DNA of 12,909 nucleotides from Candidatus Dadabacteria bacterium (GTDB lineage Bacteria; Desulfobacterota_D; UBA1144; Nemesobacterales; CSP1-2): NCBI GenBank assembly GCA_040289575.1, contig PSLL01000027.1, positions 1 to 12,909 of the forward strand, read 5' to 3'. Shown piece by piece: positions 8,997 to 12,909 of this stretch (position 1 is its first letter; each line of letters starts with the position of its first letter). The notes under the pieces were generated by a model. It saw only the letters and a program-made list of their open reading frames with translations, ran no database searches and was not told where the DNA came from. The position numbers and the translations under genes were made by a program.

Positions 8997-9077
8997 AATC
9001 GCTTGTTTGTTGATGTGTGTATATGATTAAAGCCGGGGTTTGCAACCAACCGGTTAGCTTCTCAAAGTGTTAAAAGA

Positions 9078-9635
9078 ATGGTGACATTTCCACTTATAGT
9101 CATAATCTTGGGAGTTTTGATAGCCGCATTTGTCGGCCTATATAACTCCCTCGTGAGATTAAGGAACACAGCCGACCAGTCTTGGTCTGATATTGATGTG
9201 CAGCTTAAGAGGAGACACGACCTTGTGCCGAACCTCGTTGAGGCCGTGAAGGGCTACGCGGCGCATGAGAGAAGCACGTTTGAAAAGGTAGTTCAGGCAA
9301 GAAATGTGGCCATGCAGGCCACCTCTCCTGCCGATAAAGCCTAGGCGGAAAACACACTTCAGGCGGCTCTAAGGAGCCTTTTTGCGGTTGCCGAGAATTA
9401 TCCTGAATTAAAGGCCGACCAGAATTTCATAGAGCTTCAAAAGGAACTCTCAAACATAGAAGATCAGATTCAGCTCTCGCGTCGGTACTATAACGCCGTT
9501 GTAAGGGACCTCAACACAAAGATTGAATCCGTTCCGAGCAACATTGTCGCAAATATGTACGGGTTCAAGAAAAAGGAATATTTTGAACTCGATTCTGCCG
9601 AAGAGAGAAGAGCGCCTGAGGTGAGGTTTGGGTAG
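9078..9635 (+). pseudogene. lemA: LemA family protein with one in-frame TAG
   Basis: TM helix, then YNSLV and [22 protein letters not shown] at 9342-9344 is followed in frame by AENTLQAALRSLFAVAENYPELKADQNF..IEDQIQLSRRYYN..PSNIVA..APEVRFG*; 186 codons in total. Confidence 0.92.
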
Positions 9636-9671
9636 AGTATGATAACGAGTCCGTGTAGTAAGTATGTACTT

Positions 9672-9745
9672 TGTCATTCTGAGCAAAGCGAAGAATCTAA
9701 TTTGAGGCTTTTCACCTAATAATATAGCTATCGCTCAGTATGACA
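9672..9745. repeat. 74-bp degenerate palindromic element (TGTCATTCTGAGC...GCTCAGTATGACA)
   Basis: TGTCATTCTGAGC (9672-9684) and GCTCAGTATGACA (9733-9745) are complementary at 12/13 positions. The left arm continues AAAGCGAAGAATCT. Confidence 0.7.
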
Positions 9746-9760
9746 CAGCCAGTATTCAGC

Positions 9761-10582
9761 CGGATTTAATACTTCAACGATGAGCTTTATAACTTGTCTT
9801 GGTGTATAAACTTCCCCTTCTTTAGCCTTTTGCGGAGCAAAGAATCTCAAAATCCATTCATATGCATCGCCTAGGATGTTTGGGGATACGTGATTAAGGG
9901 GCTTGGCGCTGAAGAGTTCAACAAGCTGTCTTAAAATCTCTACATTTTCTCTATTTGTGGTGAATTGAACAAAGTCTACGTTTTCAAACACGTCCTTGAG
10001 TTCGGGATTTCTCTCAGCCAAGGTCTTCATCGCCTTTGAGAAATTCTCCGGCAGCCTTGCGGGTTCTTTTCTTATATCTTCCCAGAGGAATCCTTCAGGA
10101 ATATCGAAGTCGTGATAGATGAATTCTTGGATTCTTCTCTTGCCTCTTCGTCACTTAATCCATCCGAAATGGCTTCTCTGTAGGCCTCTTCAAACTCCAT
10201 CTCCCACTTATCGCTTATTCTCTTATAGAAGAGAAGGACGAGTATGAAGTTGTAATCAACCCTTGTCCTTATGAGGTCGGCCGCCCCTTTTAGAAGCGAT
10301 TCAAGATCGCTCCTTGTTAATTGATTTTATTCATTGATAACTCTTCGGATATTATTTTCACTCTGTTTTCCAGCCGGTATATCCTCTTTCTCGAATCCTC
10401 AGAGTCAAACTCCACTTTTAAAATCCTCTTTTTCTTAACTCGGAAAGGAAAACGTTTATCTGATCCTTGCTATCCTGCATATTCTCTTTAAGAGTCCTGG
10501 TGGTGTCTTCGAAACGGAAGTCCTTGTCATGGTACTCATCCCATAGAATCTTATATCTCTTTTCAAGCCATTTGGGTATCAT
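9761..10582 (-). pseudogene. hsdM: Type I R-M methyltransferase subunit with a putative N-terminal winged-HTH; three frameshifts, 3'-truncated
   Basis: Reconstruction: MIPKWLEKRY..VFLSELRKRGF / KVEFDSEDSRKRIYRL.. / LTRSDLESLLKGAADLIRTRVDYNFILVLLFYKRISDKW.. / YHDFDIPEGFLWEDIR..ILGDAYEWILRFFAPQKAKEGEVYTPRQVIKLIVEVLNP. Shifts fall near 10421, 10326 and 10119. It ends before the DPACGSG and NPP motifs. Confidence 0.88.
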
Positions 10583-10742
10583 AGCTATTTCCTCAACTAT
10601 ATAAGCTTTTAAATTATCACTTATATTATAAACATAAAGAATGATTGGCAAATGGTGGGCATTTGGGTGTTTATTGTATATATATGTTCCCCGAATACAC
10701 CAAGGAATCTTATAAGGCGGATTTGATATGATTCGCCAAATT

Positions 10743-10825
10743 TTAAGGATTCGAAAAAGGCGCACAGGAATAAATTTGGATAACAGGAAAAGCAATCACA
10801 TGGATAGGATCTTTATAAATCTCAT
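10743..10825 (-). pseudogene. Possible remnant of a lipoprotein/secreted protein 5' end
   Basis: AAGGAGG (10837-10831) and ATG 10825 give MRFIKILSM*. A 1-nt shift gives ..VIAFPVIQIYSCAPFSNP*, with a lipobox-like IYSC. Confidence 0.3.
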
Positions 10826-11078
10826 TAATACCTCCTTAACTAATTGAATTCATTGCATCAGTGGGTGTATTATAAGTAAATTAAAAATCTGTCCATGAGT
10901 TCCCTCATTACATCCGGGTCATACTATTTAGAGGAACTCACAGGTGTGGAAAGTGTTGGACCAAGACCGTGGGATTGCAGGTTCATAAGCGGTATATCCG
11001 GTGGATCGTGTCAATATCATTACCTTTGGGGATGACCTCTAAGAAGGGGATTCTATCTGACAAAAGGAGGAGTTATAG

Positions 11079-12320
11079 ATAAAACAAAAACGGTGGGGAC
11101 GAGTGGGCTTGATTGCATCGCTTATGCTCCTAGTGTGTAACGCCGGTTGGGCAGATGAGATAGAGAACTTGAAAAAAAGGATTGAAGACCTTCCTCCCTT
11201 TAGTACCTTCGGGATTAAGGTCAGCGGGGGGCTTACGGGAATCTTTCAGGGGAGTCTGAATAATCGTAAGGAATTCGGGGAAAACGGGGCTGCTGTTGAG
11301 TTTTCCGCCGACCTATCACTCGATGGTTCCATAGGTGACAAAGGGTCTTTTCGGTTGAGGTTCGATTTTGAACACGGATCAGGTCTGACTGATTTTCCTC
11401 CGGTCTTTACAAACCCTGATGGGAATACAACTGGTCCCAACAATGATGTAGAGACCTTCATTCCGAGAGATATTGTTAACGAGGCTTGGTATACGCACCG
11501 TCGTTTGGGGATTACATCGAGATTACACTGGGTAAAATTGACCCTACGGGCTTTTTTGACCAGAATAATTATGCAAATAAGGAAACCATTCAGTACATTG
11601 CTCAGGCCTTTAATAACAACAATACGATTGACTGGGGTGGGAGTGTTAACTTCTTTGGAATCGGCGCTGTTCTGACGGCTCATCCGATGAAGGTACTGGC
11701 AATTACTCTGGGCTGGCTCCAAGGGGATGAAAGTTATGGGAGTCTTTTTAACCACCCCATTCTTGATGAGCCAGTTGAGATTTACAACCCATTGGGATGG
11801 TAGAGAAGGGAACTATCGCTTTTACGTATGGGGGAGACTGACCCCCCATTGTATGAGTAAGAGCGACCCGACTGTATTTCTCAATTGCAATTTGATTGAT
11901 GCAGTGGACCGGGTTCGGATTAAGGAAAGCAATATCGGTGTGGGGATTAGCATGGATCAGCAACTCTCGGATTCCGTCGGATTTTGGGCACGACTGGGTT
12001 TTCAGGATCCCCATGTGTCCCAGTTTGATAAAGCCTTAAGTGCCGGAGTGGTTACATCCGGTTCAACGATTGGTCGGTCTGATGATGCCCTGGGGATTGC
12101 TTATGGGATTGCGCTTCCGAGCAGTGATTACAAGAAGGCTACTGGCTTTTCTGATATAGAGCGCTACATTGAGGTGTATTACAAGTTTGTGTTAGGCGGT
12201 GATGGTTCTACTACTGGATTTCATCTAACGCCCGATTTTCAGATCGTTATTAATCCCGGAGGTAATAGAGCAATACATCCGGTGATTGTCCCAGGACTGA
12301 GGGCTCAGTTTCACTTTTAA
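11079..12320 (+). pseudogene. OprB-like (carbohydrate-selective) outer-membrane porin; ATA start and two frameshifts
   Basis: AAGGAGG (11064-11070) lies 8 nt before an in-frame ATA (11079). Signal peptide ..CNAGWA-DE, short coiled coil, EAWY / ITLGKIDPTGFFDQNNYAN.ET, GREGNYRFY, G.SMDQQLSD.VGFWARLG, IEVYYKF, LTPDFQ and C-terminal GLRAQFHF. Shifts at about 11490 and at the C4 run 11755-11758. Confidence 0.85.
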
Positions 12321-12442
12321 TCTGTCCTTCCAACTGGCCGCTTTATCCGTGGTTGAGATTGACTTTCCAATTCAACGGGAGATATATTTTCGCTGAGATT
12401 GTGACGGAAGGGCATGGATGGATAAGTAAATGGAGGGATTGC

Positions 12443-12909
12443 ATGTTAATTCTAAGCAAATGTAAAAATTTGTGTATGATTATCTCCATCGGATTAGGAA
12501 TTAGCCTCGTATTATGGCTTTGGGCGCTTTTCGGACAATCGGATATAGTTGCGCGGGCAGGTGTCAACTGGCCCCAAATCTCCCTGACACGTGAGTTTAG
12601 CGGTCTGAGCCAGCCTGTTCACATTACACACGCTGGCGACGGCAGCGGACGGCTTTTTGTGATAGAGCAGGTTGGGCGTATCCGAATTATAAAGAACGGC
12701 GTTCTTCTAAGTACGCCTTTTCTCAACATTACCTCCCGCGTGGGCTGTTGCGGTGAGAGAGGAATGCTCAGCGTTGCTTTTCCGCCCGGATATGGGAACA
12801 AAGGGTATTTCTATGTTTATTACACAAATACAAGCGGTAACATTGTAGTGGCACGATATTTCTTGACATCTAATCCCGACATAGCCGATCCTAACAGCGA
12901 GCAGATTGT
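12443..12909 (+). CDS. PQQ-dependent sugar dehydrogenase (glucose/sorbosone dehydrogenase family), N-terminal part, runs off the window
   Basis: Not in the ORF track because no stop is in the window. GGAGG (12432-12436), ATG 12443, hydrophobic leader, then GLSQPVHITHAGDGSGRLFVIEQVGRIRI..PFLNITSRV..GERGMLSVAFPP..FYVYYTN. Confidence 0.9.
   Translation, partial: MLILSKCKNLCMIISIGLGISLVLWLWALFGQSDIVARAGVNWPQISLTREFSGLSQPVHITHAGDGSGRLFVIEQVGRIRIIKNGVLLSTPFLNITSRVGCCGERGMLSVAFPPGYGNKGYFYVYYTNTSGNIVVARYFLTSNPDIADPNSEQI

Noticed and set aside
9342..9344. Genome-wide TAG reassignment
   Set aside because: TAG ends tsaC (7496-7498), the REase (1081-1083) and lemA itself (9633-9635) at the expected family C-termini.
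10583..10795. 5' part of ORF 10418-10795 as coding sequence
   Set aside because: AT-rich and promoter-like. The credible start is ATG 10582, preceded by GAGG.
11246..12801. Minus-strand ORFs 11246-11755, 11748-12014, 12343-12567 and 12619-12801
   Set aside because: Antisense to the porin and the PQQ dehydrogenase; 9450-9686 is likewise antisense to lemA.

Overview
Bacterial chromosomal window with two parts. (1) Positions 1-2208 are visibly more GC-rich (about 60% vs about 45%, estimated by eye) and form the 3' end of a decaying integron gene-cassette array; no integrase lies in the window. It holds a BsuBI/PstI-type restriction-modification pair (MTase C-terminus plus a frameshifted REase), a 5'-truncated dihydrofolate-reductase-family gene and a 5'-truncated MDR/quinone oxidoreductase. 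These are separated by one complete attC, one attC lacking R' and a probable R''-only remnant. (2) The rest is host backbone. Intact genes are glcD, glcE, purE, Sua5/TsaC, DUF1015 and the start of a PQQ-dependent sugar dehydrogenase. Disrupted accessory genes are a secreted WXXGXW-repeat protein (ACG start and frameshift), lemA (in-frame TAG), a wHTH-fused type I hsdM (3 frameshifts and a truncation) and an OprB-like porin (ATA start and 2 frameshifts). At least three different short palindromic/MITE-like elements sit in intergenic gaps. I found no clearly new multi-gene system. The best leads are the integron-borne R-M module with attC-anchored deletions, the selective pseudogenisation pattern and the intergenic repeat elements. 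Family names come from motif recognition, not database searches.
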